From the NCBI RefSeq assembly GCF_009914755.1, contig NC_060926.1: 64,000 nt of DNA; one strand, written 5' to 3'. Source of the stretch: the human T2T-CHM13v2.0 reference genome, Homo sapiens. Under the pieces are notes generated by a model, which saw only the letters and a list, made by a program, of their open reading frames with translations, was not told the origin of the DNA and made no database searches. A program made the translations under genes and the position numbers. Below, in pieces: positions 33,184 through 48,655 of this stretch (positions are counted from its first letter, which is position 1; the number at the start of each line of letters is the position of its first letter).

Positions 33184-33341
33184 CAATTTTTTCAATTTTT
33201 TATTTTTCCGTAGGTTATTGGGGAACAGGTGATGTTTGTTTACATGAGTAAGTTCTTTAGTGGTGATTTGTGAGATTTTGGTGCACCCATCACTGGAGCA
33301 GTATACGCTGCACCCTATTTGTAGTCTTTTATCCCTCGCCC
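33184..33341 (-). mobile_element. Short L1PB-type 3' end
   Basis: tacatgagtaagttctttagtggtgatttgtgagattttggtgcacccatcac; flanking tattttagtttt duplication. Confidence 0.8.
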
Positions 33342-34510
33342 TATTTTAGTTTTTTAAAGAGAGATACTGCAATCTCTGACTATAATTATGGGTTTATGTT
33401 TAAATGTGTACCATATCTTTATTGAGCTTCTGCATCATTCTTCTATCAATTATTGGAAGAAGGATATGGAAATCACAAACTATAATTGTGGATTTGTCTA
33501 CTTCTTCTTGCTGTTCTGTCATTTTTTGCTTCATTTATTTTGAAGCTCTGTTATTAAATTTGTAAACATTTAAGAATGTTATGTCCTCTTGAATTGACAC
33601 TCTTTGTCCTTGGAAATGTTGTTTGCCTTGAAATTAATTTTACACGGTACATCTTTTCCATTGTTTTATTTTTAACCTATTTGTGTCTTTAGATTTCTTT
33701 TGAGTAGCATATAATTGGATTTTACTTTTAAATCTGACAGTCTTTGCCTGTCAATTGGGATGTTTAGACCATTTACATTTAATGGGATTATTGTGTGCTG
33801 GATTGATGAGTCTACATAGTGTCAAGAAATGCTTACATTTCTATTAGTTATCTTTGTATTTCAGAGTGATTCCCTTTTTGCAAGTTTATGGCACTGGTAA
33901 TGCTGTCTTCATATCAGAAAAGACAGGACACATACTTTTTCAGAGTTGGTAAAGCAGAGATTTAAAAATTCTGGCCTGGCCTCATAATGAAGGGTGTTTA
34001 GGAAACTAGGTGCTTAATGGAAGTATCCAGAGGGCACCAATGTATTTATGTTTGTTTTGAACTATTCTTTTTCTTTATTATTCTGGCTCTTAAGGGCATT
34101 GAACTGTTCTCATCTCTGGGATATTTGAGACAGAAGTTGGCATAAGACCTTTTGGGACATATTATGGGTGCTCCAAATGTTACAGGCACTCCAGACCAGT
34201 TTGGGATGCATAGCAGGCTTCATGTAGCATTATCCGACCACTGATCTCCGTTGATTTTCACTAGGTCTGCTTCAGGGGAAACAATTGTGTATTGAAATTA
34301 AAAAGCAAGACTTCTGTCTGATATAAACAGCCTAATTCTTCATAGAATAATTCTTTTAATACTGTTCCCAGGCTGCTGTCAAACCTCCAATTTATTGAAA
34401 TCTTTCTTCACATTCCAGAGTTAGGCAAGATAATTAACTTTTGATTCTTTAGCCAGTTCTATATTGGCACGTGAAAAAGAAAACCAGTAGTGGCTCTACC
34501 CTTCACACTT

Positions 34511-35093
<583 letters not shown>

Positions 35094-38000
35094 TGATACC
35101 ATCTACATTAATATCATTACCAACGATCTCACCAAAAAAAAAAAAAATCTTTCTTTTTTTCTGCCTTTGGCTACAGGGCTAGCTCGTAAAAGGAAGGGAA
35201 CAAAATGTTTAAGTATGATCATGTTTTTAGTGATGGAAAATTAAAACCATTAAAAAATAAACAATGAAAAATATGGCAAAATAAGAAGGTGAATGCCAGA
35301 AGATTAAGGAAGTTCTAGAGAGTTTTGCAGATGTGGGATTTCAGATGAAGACCAGATACATCTAATTTGTGAGGGGAATAAAGAGACAGGTAAGAGAGAT
35401 GGGTGGGAATAGAGCTAGCCTGAGGAGAAAGAGAAGGAGATTAAAAACAAAATTCGTATCCAGTCTGAATAAAATTTGTTTCATCCCTCCTTGGCCCTTA
35501 GAAATTAGAGTCTTTTCATATTATTGTCTTTCTATTTGGTAAGCTGTGTTTGATAGCGGTGCACAAACTTGGGCACAGAAGCCTGAGTTTGTGGGGTTGC
35601 ATTCAGTGTATAGAAAAGTTACAACTCATTTCTAGTTAGTTCTTCCTTTGTACTTATGCCTAAACCTCTCCATCTGGAGAAATGCCAGCTTGCCACTAAA
35701 TTTAAATAAATAAGAACATGTCTCATCAATAGGGGCGGCAAATTTAGCCCCTCTTTAGAGCACTGAGCAATTTATGACCATATGTTAAATACCATAAAAC
35801 AGCTTTAAAGATTTGGTCGCTGGCCATTGCCAGATTGCACCGTAGGAGTGCAGCAGCACTGTGAGGGACTGGGAATGCTTCCTCCGGCCCTTGGAGGCCT
35901 CAGCAACTCACTGATGTCACAGCCAAAGAGGGCTGTTTTCAAACATTCCCTTTATAAAGGTGAAATACTAAAAGATTCCATTTTGGCATTTGGGAGCAAA
36001 GAAGGCAAGACTTCTTTTTGATTCTTAAGGGTCAAAATTAGTATGGAAAGTGTTGTGTGGGAGAATGAGTAACTTGGCAGCAGTGAGTACAGAAGGCAAG
36101 TCTAGAAATAGGTAATAGATATCCTACTCATCCTTTTTCTTGGAGCATGAACTGGACTTTTATGTGGCATAAGCCGACCAAATATCACGTTTCTCAATCA
36201 ATTTCTTTTTGCCAACTTTCGTCGAATTAATATTAATGTTAAAAACAATTTTTAAAATTTCATGCCAAAGCATTGCCAATTGTAAGGCTTTCTTTTCTTC
36301 CAGAAATATGACTCACTATTTGGTGAACTCCAAATATTAGTTTTTCTTCTTACCACCATGACAGCCTGTGAATCATTTATGGCATTCAGTGGGCTCGTGG
36401 CTGAGAGAATGAAGGTGTGTGCCAGCAAACATGTGATTTTTGGTCAAGTAGTGCTCTGGGACCTTCGATGGGCTTTTAACACATGTGAGGAAACCAGTGG
36501 TTCAGGCAGGGGGCAGTATTATTAAATAGTAATAGACACCAAAAAGCTTTGTACAAGATTTTTCAGACTGCTCTCTCAGAAATGTAACTCTTCCTACAAA
36601 GGAAGATGATGAAATTTGGCTGTCAAAGGTCCAGGATTCCTAGCCTTCTTGAATCTGTAGTTGCCAGCCCAAGGGCTGATTTCCTGTCAGTTCCTGTGTG
36701 GTTTGCACTACATCCTCTTTGCAACAGATCAGTATTTTAGGTCATCCATCATAACTGCTCTCCTGTAAGTTCTTGGCAATTTGATCTCAGTTTGCAGAAG
36801 GCAGCTGGCATACTTTGCTAGGAAGTGCAGCTGGAGAGCTCCTGTCTCACTCTTCCTAAGGCCAGGAAGCACACTATTGTTACTCATTGCTGCTTTCTTC
36901 CTTTAAAGAACAAAAAACTTCAAACTTTGGCAAATTCTAAAGTTACTAGGTAGCAATTTGAAATTACTCTGATCGTTTTGTTGGTCTAGGGCAAAAACTT
37001 GAGTGATCTTTTATATCATTTGTAAATCTTGTCTGGTTTTTCCATAACACAGATATGTGCATTAGTGGAAGTTTCCTCCCCATTGCAAATGAAGTTATGC
37101 TTGTCTTCAGAGTCACACGGGAATTTTTAGTTTTATTTTGTTTTAGGCTTTGATTGTCAAGGACAGTAACATGGCCTAATTTCTTCTCTGTGTTTTATTC
37201 CCTTAACATTGAGATTTTTCTATTCCTAATATCAGCATTGGGTAAGACTATTTACCTTGGGTATGACTTGAATATTTGCACTGGATTTTCAAACTATACG
37301 AACAGAGATAGTTAAAGCACTTTTTTTGGACTATTTAATGTTAAAATAAAAGTATCGTTTTAGTGTTTCTGATTTCTCATTCCATAATGGGTGACCTATG
37401 TTGTGAGATTTAGAAAAATGAGCAATTTTCCTCCTTTCTTATGACTCACAGGTCACATTTTGGCAACATGTTTTTTTTTTTCCTGTAGAATGGTGATTAC
37501 CTTTACCCCAGTTCACCTAAGAGAGGAACCTGTTTATAAAGAGGATACAACCTCATGCATGAATTATTTTAAATGGTATTCTTAATAATCTATGATGGCA
37601 CAGATCTTTTATACTTCTGAGTTGTCTTCTTTTCATCTTTACGAAAACCATATCTTCTGTAGAGTTAAACAAGATTATTAATGTAGCTCTTGGTTTCTTT
37701 TATGTTCTGGTTCCTAACATAAATGAAGGGAAAGGAAAGATAAGTTGTGCTGCTTTATAGAAAAATAGTAAACTTTTTGAAGGCCAAATTTATGTCAGAT
37801 TTATGGGTATCAAGCAATAACATCATAGAAACACCCCAAATCCTGATAGTGCGCTAAGGATGGCATGAAGGAAGAAATTTTTGGATTTGAGATATGAAAG
37901 AATTTGATGTCCAGATTATTTCTATCAAACCAAATCTTTAGTCTCTAAAATAATATATTGTTAAATTCTAGGAGCAAGAATCCTCTGTGATTTCCAAGAT

Positions 38001-39146
38001 CTGTTGCCGATGACCCACACAGTAGACAATCAGGAAATGTTTATTAAATGAGTGATACAAAGGCACTAAAAGATGATGTCTTATGTGGAAATTCTTAATT
38101 GGAAGGACACTAGGTAATTTTGGGAATCTTCCAGTGGGATAAGGAAGTATCTAAAGATTTGAAAAGCAGCAGCATAGTTTCTGCATTAAAGAAAGTAAAA
38201 GATAATTATGAAGGTTATATAGAGCAGGTTGACATACATATTTAGAAAGAACTCAGAAAAAGAATCACAAAAGTAGTTTGCCAACATTTGGACTAGTATA
38301 GGACTAACCAATTTTGCTTTGTAAAAAACAATTCTTAATAGATCAATTCTTATTACAGAATGATGAGTATAGTACATTGGAAGCAAAAGATAAATTTAAT
38401 TTATCCCAATTTTAGCAGAGCTTTTGATTCTGTCCTTGGGATGAATCTGATAAGCAAATCATGAAATGATTATTTAGACACAAGATGTGTTGCTCGACAG
38501 TATGCCTAAAGTATATCATGACTAAGGAATGAATGCTACTTAATGTTGAAATCAGACGCTTTGGTCATCCCAGTGTAGAGCAAATTGCAAAACTGTTTCT
38601 TCTCTGGCTAAAAAAATGTTGGTTATTGTCTTCCTGTTTCTCCTTTTTCTGTTTTCTGCAACATTATCTCACTACACTTGGGTAAAACAAGTGCCAGGCA
38701 ATTGCAGGGATGACAATCTCCTGTAGAAAGAAAAGGATCCACAATTTTCAAAGTACTTTAATTCATTCATCTATGCACCAGTTACTATTGAGGACCTACT
38801 CAGTCCAAATTTTGAAGTACAGTATTTGATGGCCTCCATTTTTTTTGGCACCATCATAATCTTTCCAGCATTCTCTTTACCCCATTTTCTACTAAACCAG
38901 ATTGCCTTGATAGCCTGTCCTTAAGCTCACTTTTCAACACTATCTGCTATTCTTCAACATTCCTTGAGCACATAATTTGCTTTCTACCCTCTAAGTTTTG
39001 CTTCTTTTATCTCTGCCTAGAATTACCATCTCATTATTTCTTTATCTAAGCCTACTCTAGACAGCACTAAGAGTAGACATTTTAAAAAAGAATTCAGTAG
39101 AGCATGATTTTAGATGAAAAGGAAGTAGTAAGTTAAGTAAGAGACT

Positions 39147-39731
39147 GTAGCAGACTGTGTTTTCCAAAGATGGCCACAACAGCATTTCCCATTCCACATG
39201 CTCTTCTATACCATGACCTTACCACTCCTCCAGGTATAATTTTCCTCCTCTTGAATCTGGGTGGGCTTGTGATTATTTTGGCCAACAGAATATGATGCTT
39301 ATTATGCCGTATGACTTTCAAGGCTGGGTCATAAAAGGCAATGAGGCTTTCATCTTACTCTAGCAGGAATACTTTTGCTTGGAGCCCTGCACCACTGCAT
39401 AAGAAGTCTGTCTATATTGAGGTTGCCATGCTGTCAGGTAGCCAAACTACATGAAGAGGCCACATGTAGGTGCTGCAGTTGTCAGTTTTTATCTTGGAGG
39501 TTTCCCAGCCCAGGCATCAGAAATGTCAGTGAAATTGTGTTCGGCCTTTCAAACTGAGCACTACCAGCTGAACACCATTGAGTGATCTCAGTCAATGCTG
39601 TGAGGAGCAGAAGAATCACCCAACTACATTCTGCCTATATTTCTAACCCACAGAATCTATGAGCATAAGAAAATGGTTGTTTTAAGCACTGAGTTTGGGG
39701 TAGTTTTGTAGGTGGCAGTAGTAATTGGAAT
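39147..39731 (+). mobile_element. MLT1-family solo LTR
   Basis: tgtagcagactgtgttttccaaagatggccac...aaatggttgttttaagcactgagtttggggtagt. Confidence 0.8.
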
Positions 39732-39945
39732 GTAGACCCTGAAGAATAGGAGTGGACAAGAGCCTGTAGGAGGGTGGAAGAGATGGGGAGAAGAGCAGAG
39801 ATATAGAGGTTAAGTCTCCAGAGGGAGAAGGAAAAGACAAAAGGATTAGGAAAGAAATGGGTGAATATTGAGGAGAAAGGGTGAGGAATTCACAACTGAT
39901 GACAGTAAACAGCATTTAGTTTTTTCAAGAATTCCACTGGCTGCT

Positions 39946-40075
39946 TTATATATTTTATATATATACATATAAATGTTTATAAATGTATATATATAACATA
40001 TATACATATACATATATGCATAAACTTATATATGTTTATATATACACACACATATATATGTATATATGTATATTT
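39946..40075. repeat. (TA)-rich low-complexity microsatellite
   Basis: tatatattttatatatatacatataaatg... Confidence 0.9.
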
Positions 40076-42124
40076 AGTTTTTTTTTAATTTTTATTTTTT
40101 ATGAAGTTGAAGTAGAGCTCACCTGCCAAGAGGTAGAAGGTCTACAAAGGCCTGGCTGCTTGGTGGAAAGTATTGAAGATGGTATAGATGACTGACCTTT
40201 AGCTTCTTGCCTAACAAATACTCTTGTGAGGAAAGACAGACAGAGGCTTGGCATTTTGTCATTAAGTGTGAGTGGTCTGCCTTCCTTGGGAGAATTTGCA
40301 CACAGTATACACTATCAGTGTGAAGTACTTTGAGCCCTGCAGAAGAAGGAGAGATGGTTTTTTCCAGAGGAGTGCCTTGGGCTCAATGTGGCTCTGTGTT
40401 CGTGAGTTCTGAATCTCAAGATAACTTGAGGAATTTGAATAACCCAAAGCCACTTGTAGTTTTGTGAAATGGAAGGACACCACCTTTAGAGTGGGTACTT
40501 AGATTTTAAGTGCTTTCTTGAGACAAGAAGGCAACAAATCTCCAGTTCTAACTATGAAGCTTTAGAGAGCTTTTGTCCAAATTGAGGACTCAGCATGAGT
40601 TGCTAATTGAGTGGCAGAGTTGCTTCTACAAAAGTAAGAATTGTTTTCTGTAGCATCCAGCAATCTGGTCACCAACCACATGCGAGTCAATGTATTGTTT
40701 CTGTGAAGGATTACATGCTCCTTGTTTAAATATGGTCCTAAGAGCCTAGGAATCCTGCAAGTTTTAGACAGACAGTTTTCCATTTAGTGACATAAGATAC
40801 CTAATTAATTGTTGGAATCTTTTAATTAATGTTTCATGAAGAGAGATGCTGGAGAGCCTCATTAAAATACTATTACTGGATAAAAGAACAGTAGTTTCAT
40901 GACAGGATAACTGTGATATATCCAATCTTTATGTAGTCTAGTCAGAAGATAGAATTTGCTCCTAGGTTATCAGGAGTCTAATATATTTCACTTTTAATCT
41001 CTGTCACATGCTTCTATTTCAATATTTCTTAATGTTCTGTTTTTTTTTTTCCTGCTGTGTTGGAGTGACCTTGGCACTTCTGAGATGTTGTGACTTGTGT
41101 TTGCTTCTTTCTCTACTTCTTCCCTGAAAACTGCAATACATGTAGATAACTCGCTGTCACAGACACTGCTTGATTTCCTTCTGTCTGACTTGCGTAATTT
41201 TCCTGGCAGAGGCACAACTGTCTTTGTCCTTTGTTATCATCAACTTACATTTAAACTATCAGAAAAAATTGCCATTTTGATGCTATTGCTTTTGAAAAAC
41301 TGCTCATTTTCTTTTGCTTGATTTTTTTTTTTCGTACTTTCAGTGAATGTTGGCTAGAGCTTGTGTGTCTTTAACCGTTTTTACTCTGGTCATAGTTTTA
41401 TTTTTATTTTTTAGTCTTTTCATTCATTGCTTCTGAAAAGCATTTTTTATGTCTACTTTTGAAGAATTCTGATTGCTTCATCCTAATTTTTCAGCATCTT
41501 AATTTTTCATTCATTTCAATAGATTTTTTTCCCCACTTCATCTTCTGTGGATTACTGGACTTGCTTTTGTTCATTGTTAGACTTATTGTTTAGATCTGTC
41601 GTGTGTGAACTCAAAGGATCCTTCATACCATTTTTTTTACATCTTTCTTATCCAGTTACTGGGCATTTCAGAGTTATTTGACAGTAGAAAGTATTCAGTT
41701 TTTTTCATGAATTCCACAGGCTAATAAACTTGATTTTCACAAAGTTTGTGAAGGCGGGTGGAGTTTTGCACAGACTTCCAAGCACTATTTTGTGGGAGCT
41801 AAAGTATAAGGCATAGTCCAAGATTGCCCTTTGTGTGCAAGTTTGATTCTGCTGCTAGTGCTCTGGTTTGTGCCTGTGTGTGCAGTCAGCAAAAGACTCA
41901 TTGTTAAACAATGAACTCAGAATTCAAAGAAAGATTGGTGTGGTTTTTTTTTTCTCCCCAGCTAGCATTCTGTGGTTATTTCTACTGATTTTTTGGCAAG
42001 TGTTGCTTGTCTGTGTCGAGCTGTGCCACATCAGCCTTAAGTTTCTACTTTGCGTAGCTCAGCTAGGAATTAGAAAGAAATATTTACAGTCATATAACAT
42101 TTCGTATTTTCCAAAGTAGTTTTA

Positions 42125-42305
42125 CTTAAAATGATCTCATTTTAATCTTCCAACAACTTTCTGAGGGCTGGCTGTCTTGCTTTACATATAAGACAGGACC
42201 ACAGAGCCTAAGTGACTAGCCTGAGGTCAAATAACTGGGAGATCAGGGACCTGGAACTCAAGTCCAGGACTTCTGAGTCCCAAGCCCAATGCTTTTTCCA
42301 CTTCA
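42125..42305 (-). mobile_element. MIR SINE
   Basis: atctcattttaatcttccaacaac...aagtgactagcctgaggtca...actcaagtccagg. Confidence 0.75.
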
Positions 42306-42742
42306 CATGTTAGGAAATAAATATCATCTTTATTATCATACAATAATAACCTGCTTCTCAGTATTAGTAGATAAGAGCAAATCAACTGCTTATGATGAGA
42401 AATAAGGATAAGCAATGGCTTTGCTGAATAGGAAGCAAACACACTATCAGATGCTAATGCCTTCTGCCATACATCAGCTGGGGAAGGTGGTGGTCAGTTG
42501 GCATTGGGAAGTAAACTGAAAAACTTCCATTATTGTGTGGCCATCTCTTAGACACTTTAGGAGTAACAACTTGTGGTTGGTTATTTTTTTTTTGTTTCTG
42601 AGGACAGAAATCACCTGCAGAAATTGGTGAAGACAGGGTGAGAAGTTAATCAGGCTTATGTGAGACAAAGGCTCAGTTTCAGCTTTGAGATGTAGAGAAT
42701 AGTCCTAAGTGCTTTATTTTGCTATATGTGTTTTTAAGACAA

Positions 42743-43109
42743 CAGACGGTCCGATCCTCAAACTTACAATGGTTCAACTTAGGATTTTTTCCCTTTGCGG
42801 TGGTGCGAAAGTGATACACATTCAGTAGAAACTATGCTTTGAGTACCCATGCAACCATTCTGCTTTTCACTTCCAGTATAGTAGTCAATCAATTACATGA
42901 GATAGTCAACACTTTATTATAAAATAGACTTTGTGTTAGATGATTTTGCCTACCTATAAGCTAATGTAAGTGTTCTGAGCACATTTAAGGTAGGCTAGGT
43001 TAAGCTATGATGTTCAGTAGGTTATTAAATGCATTTTTTACTTAACAATATTTTCAGCTTATGATGGGCTTACTGGGAGGTAACCCCATTGTAAGTTGAG
43101 GAGTATCTG
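42743..43109 (-). mobile_element. MER47A-like (TcMar-Tigger) non-autonomous DNA transposon
   Basis: TIRs cagacggtcc...acttacaatgg / ccattgtaagttgaggagtatctg; internal sequence matches the recalled consensus. Confidence 0.82.
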
Positions 43110-43212
43110 TAGTTAGCATGTGATTGTATCTTCTATGCCTTGACCCAGTAATATGGATTTGTGATTCACTTCTATTACCTGGCCTAATACATCTCTAATT
43201 CCCTTAATTATC

Positions 43213-43518
43213 TTTTTTTTTTTTTTTTTTTTGAGAGAGAGGGTCTCACTCTGTCACCCAGGCTGGAGTGCAGTGGTGCAATCATAGCTCACCGTAACCT
43301 TGACCTCCTAGGCTCAAGTGATCCTCCCATCTCAGCCTCCTGAGTAGCTGGGACTACAGGCATGCACCCCCGCATCTGGCTAATTTTAAAATTTTTTTTG
43401 TAGAGATGGGGTCTCACTATGTTGTCCAGGCTGATCGCAAACTCCTGGGCTCAAATGATTATCCTGCCTCAGCCTCCCAAAATAGTGAGATTACAGGCGT
43501 GTGCTACCATGCCTGGCC
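43213..43518 (-). mobile_element. AluJ
   Basis: Alu dimer; flanking cccttaattat duplication. Confidence 0.92.
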
Positions 43519-43590
43519 CCCCTTAATTATATCTTTTTGATTCATAAGTTAAACAACAGTTTTGAACTACTTTCTAAAATCATTTGGAAA

Positions 43591-43888
43591 TTTTTGTTTG
43601 TTTCTTTTTTTTAAGAAATGAGATCTCACTCTGTGTCACCCAGGCTGGAATGTACTGAATCATAGCTTGCTGCAGCCTCAAACTCCTGGGTTAAAGCAAT
43701 CCTCCGGCTTCAGCCTCTCAAGTTTCTGGGATTACTGGTGTAAGCCACTGCATCTGGCTAATGTTTTAATTTTTTATGGAGACAGGGCATTGCTTTATTG
43801 CCTAGGGTGGTCTCTAACTCCTAGCTTCAAGGGATCCTCCTGGCCTCCCAAAGTGGTGGGATTACAGGTGTGAGCCACTGTGCCTGGT
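43591..43888 (-). mobile_element. AluJ (diverged)
   Basis: Alu dimer. Confidence 0.88.
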
Positions 43889-44630
43889 GGTTTTTCTTTA
43901 ATGTGGGAAATATGAGGGAAGGAAACTTAAAGGTCAAGATAATAAAGTGGACCAGATACGTATAGCTAAACTCTTTGAGCATTTGTGAGTGAAAAAATTG
44001 GGTTTTCATTTTCAAATGTACTTAAAATGTATTTAGAAATGAAGTTATCAAAAGATTTTAACTGTAGCTTTTGATTTAAATAAGTACCCAGTTTTATTTT
44101 ATGAAACAGAAGGGATCAGAAAGAAATTTGATATGGTCAAAAGCAAATTTAATTAAAATAGAATATTAGCTCTTCAAGCTACTATTTTGCTATAGTACCT
44201 CTTAAGAAACATGGGTTTGTCAGAATTTATGTCATCTTAATAATTAACTGAACTGAAAGAACTGCATATGTTTTTAGAGCTAAAGACCATTTGATGTCAT
44301 CTAATTTACTACCTATTGTAGCAATTGCTTTAGTAGTGTTCTTGGTAAATGCATATGTAGCTACTATCATTAAAAAGAATATTATCCACGAGACAACATT
44401 ACAGTGCTCATTCAAAAAATATTTTTGTCCTAGGAACAAAACAACTTTATTTTCTTATTTGCATTGACAGTTTTATGGTACTGAAAGGAGCTCTCAGCAG
44501 AATTCTTATTTGAACTAATTAACCATACCAAAATTCCTTTTATAGTGTTGATCTTTTTGACAAGTGGAATTACTAGAATTACCACAGTAATCATCTGGTT
44601 GAAGAAATTGTGGATAATGGCAGCAGACTA

Positions 44631-45041
<411 letters not shown>

Positions 45042-45079
45042 TTAAAACCTGTTATATCTTTAGTAGCCAACATGGATTT

Positions 45080-46500
45080 ACATAGAAGCAAGTTATACCA
45101 AACTAGTCTTAACGGTTTTTTAATGGTAGATCAGCTGACATAGCAAATCATTTCAGCAGAAAATTTAACAATTTCCCTCTGATGTCTTTCTAGATGTTTC
45201 ATATGTTATTATACCAAAATATAGTTAAGTAGATTTGCAGTAAATGGAACAATCATTGGAAAATCTCAGATGAAATACTCTAGGGTTGTATTTTTGACTC
45301 TGTTTTATTCAACATTTTTCTGAGTGATATAACATACTTGTTCAACTTGTGGAGGACTCAAGTTTAAAGAGACAGCTACTGTGACATATGACAAAATTTC
45401 ATTCTATCCCAGTAGGTTAGTACGTTGGTTTGGAAGCAGCAGGATGTAATAAGAGTAAAGTCCATTGCTATGGTTTGAATATGGTTTGCCATATTGAGGC
45501 TTTGTCTTCAATGTAGTGCTGTTGAGAGGTGGTACCTTTAAGAGGTGATCAGATCATGAAGATGGATGGATTAGTGTATGTCTCTTGATACCAGATTAGT
45601 TCTCATGAGAATGGATTAGTTCCCAAGAGAGTGGGTTGTTATAAAATGAACCTCTCATGTGTTGCCCTTTTCCCTTCTCATGTACCTGCTTTCCCTTCCA
45701 TTTCTCTGCCATGTTTCGATGCAGCATGAGGCCCTCACTAGAAGCTACCACACTTGACCGCTCAAACTTGAACTTCCCAGCCTGTGGAACTGTGCACTAA
45801 ATAAACCTTTTTCTTTATATAAATTCCCCAGTCTCAGGTATTCTGTGATAGTAACACAAAACAGATGAAGACATCCATTATTTAGGTTTCCAAAATTAGT
45901 TGTATAAGTAGAGGAAAGCAGTTACATGAAAAAATTATCTGCGATGTATAGTATGAACCAATAATGTAGTGCAATTACTGCAAAAGCTAACCCAGTCTTG
46001 TGCTGGATTAGCAAAACTTTGGGTCTACAGTGTGGAATGAGGTTGTTGTGCTGTGCCTGTAATATGGTAGGCCATACATGAGTGTTGTATTGACTTTTGG
46101 GCAGCACAGTGTAGGAACAACATTAGGGTGTGTTCGACAGAAATCATGACACATTACACACTGCTTGAAGAAGCTAAGAGTGCTGGTTTTTAAAGATAGA
46201 AAGAGGTGGAAATGGAGGCTTAGATAGGTTTTAGGTTTTATAAATTGTCCAAGATGATTTTATTGGTTCTTAGCAGATCCAATTCTCTGTTCTCAGTTCT
46301 GGATTCTTTCTACTCATCACATTCTGTTCTTCTAGAAAATAAAACCAATGCTACCAAGTAGAAGTTATTAGGAAACAGATTTTCACTCTGCAGAGAGTTT
46401 TTAATAATTGATGTTGTCCTCTAATATAAGGAACTGCTTTGGGAAATAATGAGGTTTTTGTTACAGGAGAAATTGAAATAGACATAGTATAACTGCCTTA
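45080..46500 (+). mobile_element. L3/CR1 LINE remnant, split by an MST LTR
   Basis: Decayed CR1 RT-region phrases, similar to those at 58780-59520. Confidence 0.5.
45466..45873 (+). mobile_element. MaLR solo LTR (MST/MLT1A-like)
   Basis: TG...CA ends, perfect 5-bp TSD tccat (45461-45465 / 45874-45878), AATAAA near 45800. Confidence 0.9.
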
Positions 46501-46814
46501 TTGGAGATGGGGTATGTTTTAAGGGATAATTGTGAGTTCAACTATGTCAGAAACTGAGCTGAATAAGATATGGAGGGCAATTAACCATATCCCTCTCTAT
46601 GTCTGTTGTCCTGGTTAATTATTAATAATGCCCTTTTTTCCCACTCTGGGTGTCCCATTTTTGGTGATAAAATTTCTGGCTGCCTTCATTATAAGGTTTT
46701 TTCCAACTCTGTAAGTATGCTGAATGAAAATTATTTCAACGTAAATTATATTGGTTTACCGTGTGAAATCAAATCTTGGTGGCAATATGTGGAGTCTTGG
46801 AGAAAATCACTTAA

Positions 46815-48110
46815 AAATATTTTTGAAATGGAAAATTTCAAACACTTAGAAATGTAAAGAGAATGGTATAATGAACTCTTATGTACCTATCACACAGTTT
46901 CACAGCTATCAACTCATGGTCAATTCTATTTCATATGTCCTCCATCAGCTTTTTCCCAAATAATTTTGAAGCAAATTCCGAGTGTCATATCGTGTCATCC
47001 ATAAGTATTCAGTATGTGTCTTTATAAGCTATGGACTCTCTTTGTAAACAACTTTAATATCATTGACACACTTTAAAAAAAATCAATGCTAATCCTTAAA
47101 TCTTTTATTACTAGTCATTATTCAATTTTTTTGGTTGCTATATATATACACACACGTATACATATGTACATACATATACAAACATACATATGTAAAATGT
47201 GTGTGTGCTTTACAGTTGTGTGGATACTGATTGTGTGCACATTGCAATAGGTTGATATGTCATTTAGCTCTCTTATTTGCAGTTATCTTGTTCCCTTATT
47301 CCTCCTTTTTTTCTTTGTCTTTTTCTCCTTTTCCTCCTCCTTGTTTTCTTCATATTCTTCTTCTCTTGGTTCTCATTTCTTTGCCTTCTCTTCATTATTT
47401 TTTTCTGTCTTCTTTTTCTTCTTTGTTTTATATTTATTTGTAAAGAAGCTGGGCCATTTGTTCTCTAGTTTTCCACAGTTTGATTTTGATGATTTCATTT
47501 CTGTGGTGTCATTTGATGTGGTAGTTTGATGTAGAGGCTTACTCAGGTTCAGGTTTTGTTTTGTTTTGGTTTTGGTTTCTGGCAAAGACTATCTCACAGG
47601 TAACATATTCTTTCATTAGAGGCATATAATATGGCAACCTTCAGTCGTCTTTGCTTAGATCCGTTAATTTGTTAAGTGTTGCAAAATGGTGATATTCTGT
47701 CATTTCTTCATTTATTAGTTGGAATACTTGTGTAAAGAGTTTTTCCTGATCAACTATTTGGTAATCCTGAGTACAGGTTCCTTTAGGAAGGATAGGATAA
47801 ATTCTTTCTTTTTCTTTATTTTCCAGTTTTCAAAATAATGTGTAGATCTTTCACATCTTCTGAAGACAACTTGATTTGTTAATATATCATTAACTCCTAG
47901 GTTTAAAATAATGTGGTGTGTTTTAATTCATTACAGTTATTGTTACTGATGCTTAAATTCATTCGTCTTTGACCAGGAGCCTCTGCATGATGGCTCTTCA
48001 GGTCTTGTTGATCTGACCCCCAAAGCCTTTGATAGTTTCTTGCTTTCTGGCATGACCAGATGTTTCAGGCTCATCTTGTACTTTTTAAACTCTGGGCCTC
48101 AGGCCAGTCT
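46815..48110 (-). mobile_element. L1ME-type 3' region with TA/CA and CT-rich expansions
   Basis: atggaaaatttcaaacac...agagaatggtataatgaac. Confidence 0.7.
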
Positions 48111-48655
48111 TTTCAGTCTTTGTCCCCTCACCCCTCATCAGCTGTAACTCTTGTGAGAAATTGCTGTACTCTGCGAAAATGTCTGGCTGGCCGTAGTGAG
48201 TTGCCAAACCAGACTCTCCCAGGGCTCAGGCTATGCTTTTTGTTTGATTAATTTGGTACATCAAGCAGCTTTAATAGCTTGAACCATTCTCCTCTATATT
48301 AAGTAGCTTTGTTTGTTTGTTTTGTTCCTTTATTTGCCTTTTGGGCACAGACCTGCTGCCTTCCTTTACTAGTTGTAGGATAGAAATAGAAATACCAAAG
48401 CCTTATCTTATGGCATTGATCTTTAGTGGCCCAGACTAAGTGCTCTCTTCTTGTGGGGTTGTCATTTAACAGGCAGAACTGTCAGAGATATGATTTTATA
48501 AAATCACATAGGGTCATGAATAGATATCAAAAATTTCATTTCTCCAGGAGAAACATATATTTCTTCATTGAACAGCCAAGCTTCCTGCCTTTGTTTGGTT
48601 CCTGAAACAGAAGACCCTGAGACAAAAATTTGAGTACATATACTTCACTGGAAGA

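Noticed and set aside
41320-41960. Strong-looking 3' splice sites ending at 41343 and 41960
   Set aside because: No convincing paired donor and no BABAM2-like peptide; such decoys are common in T-rich introns.
47231-47585. F/S/L-rich, membrane-protein-like ORFs
   Set aside because: Low-complexity CT-rich expansion inside an L1ME fragment.
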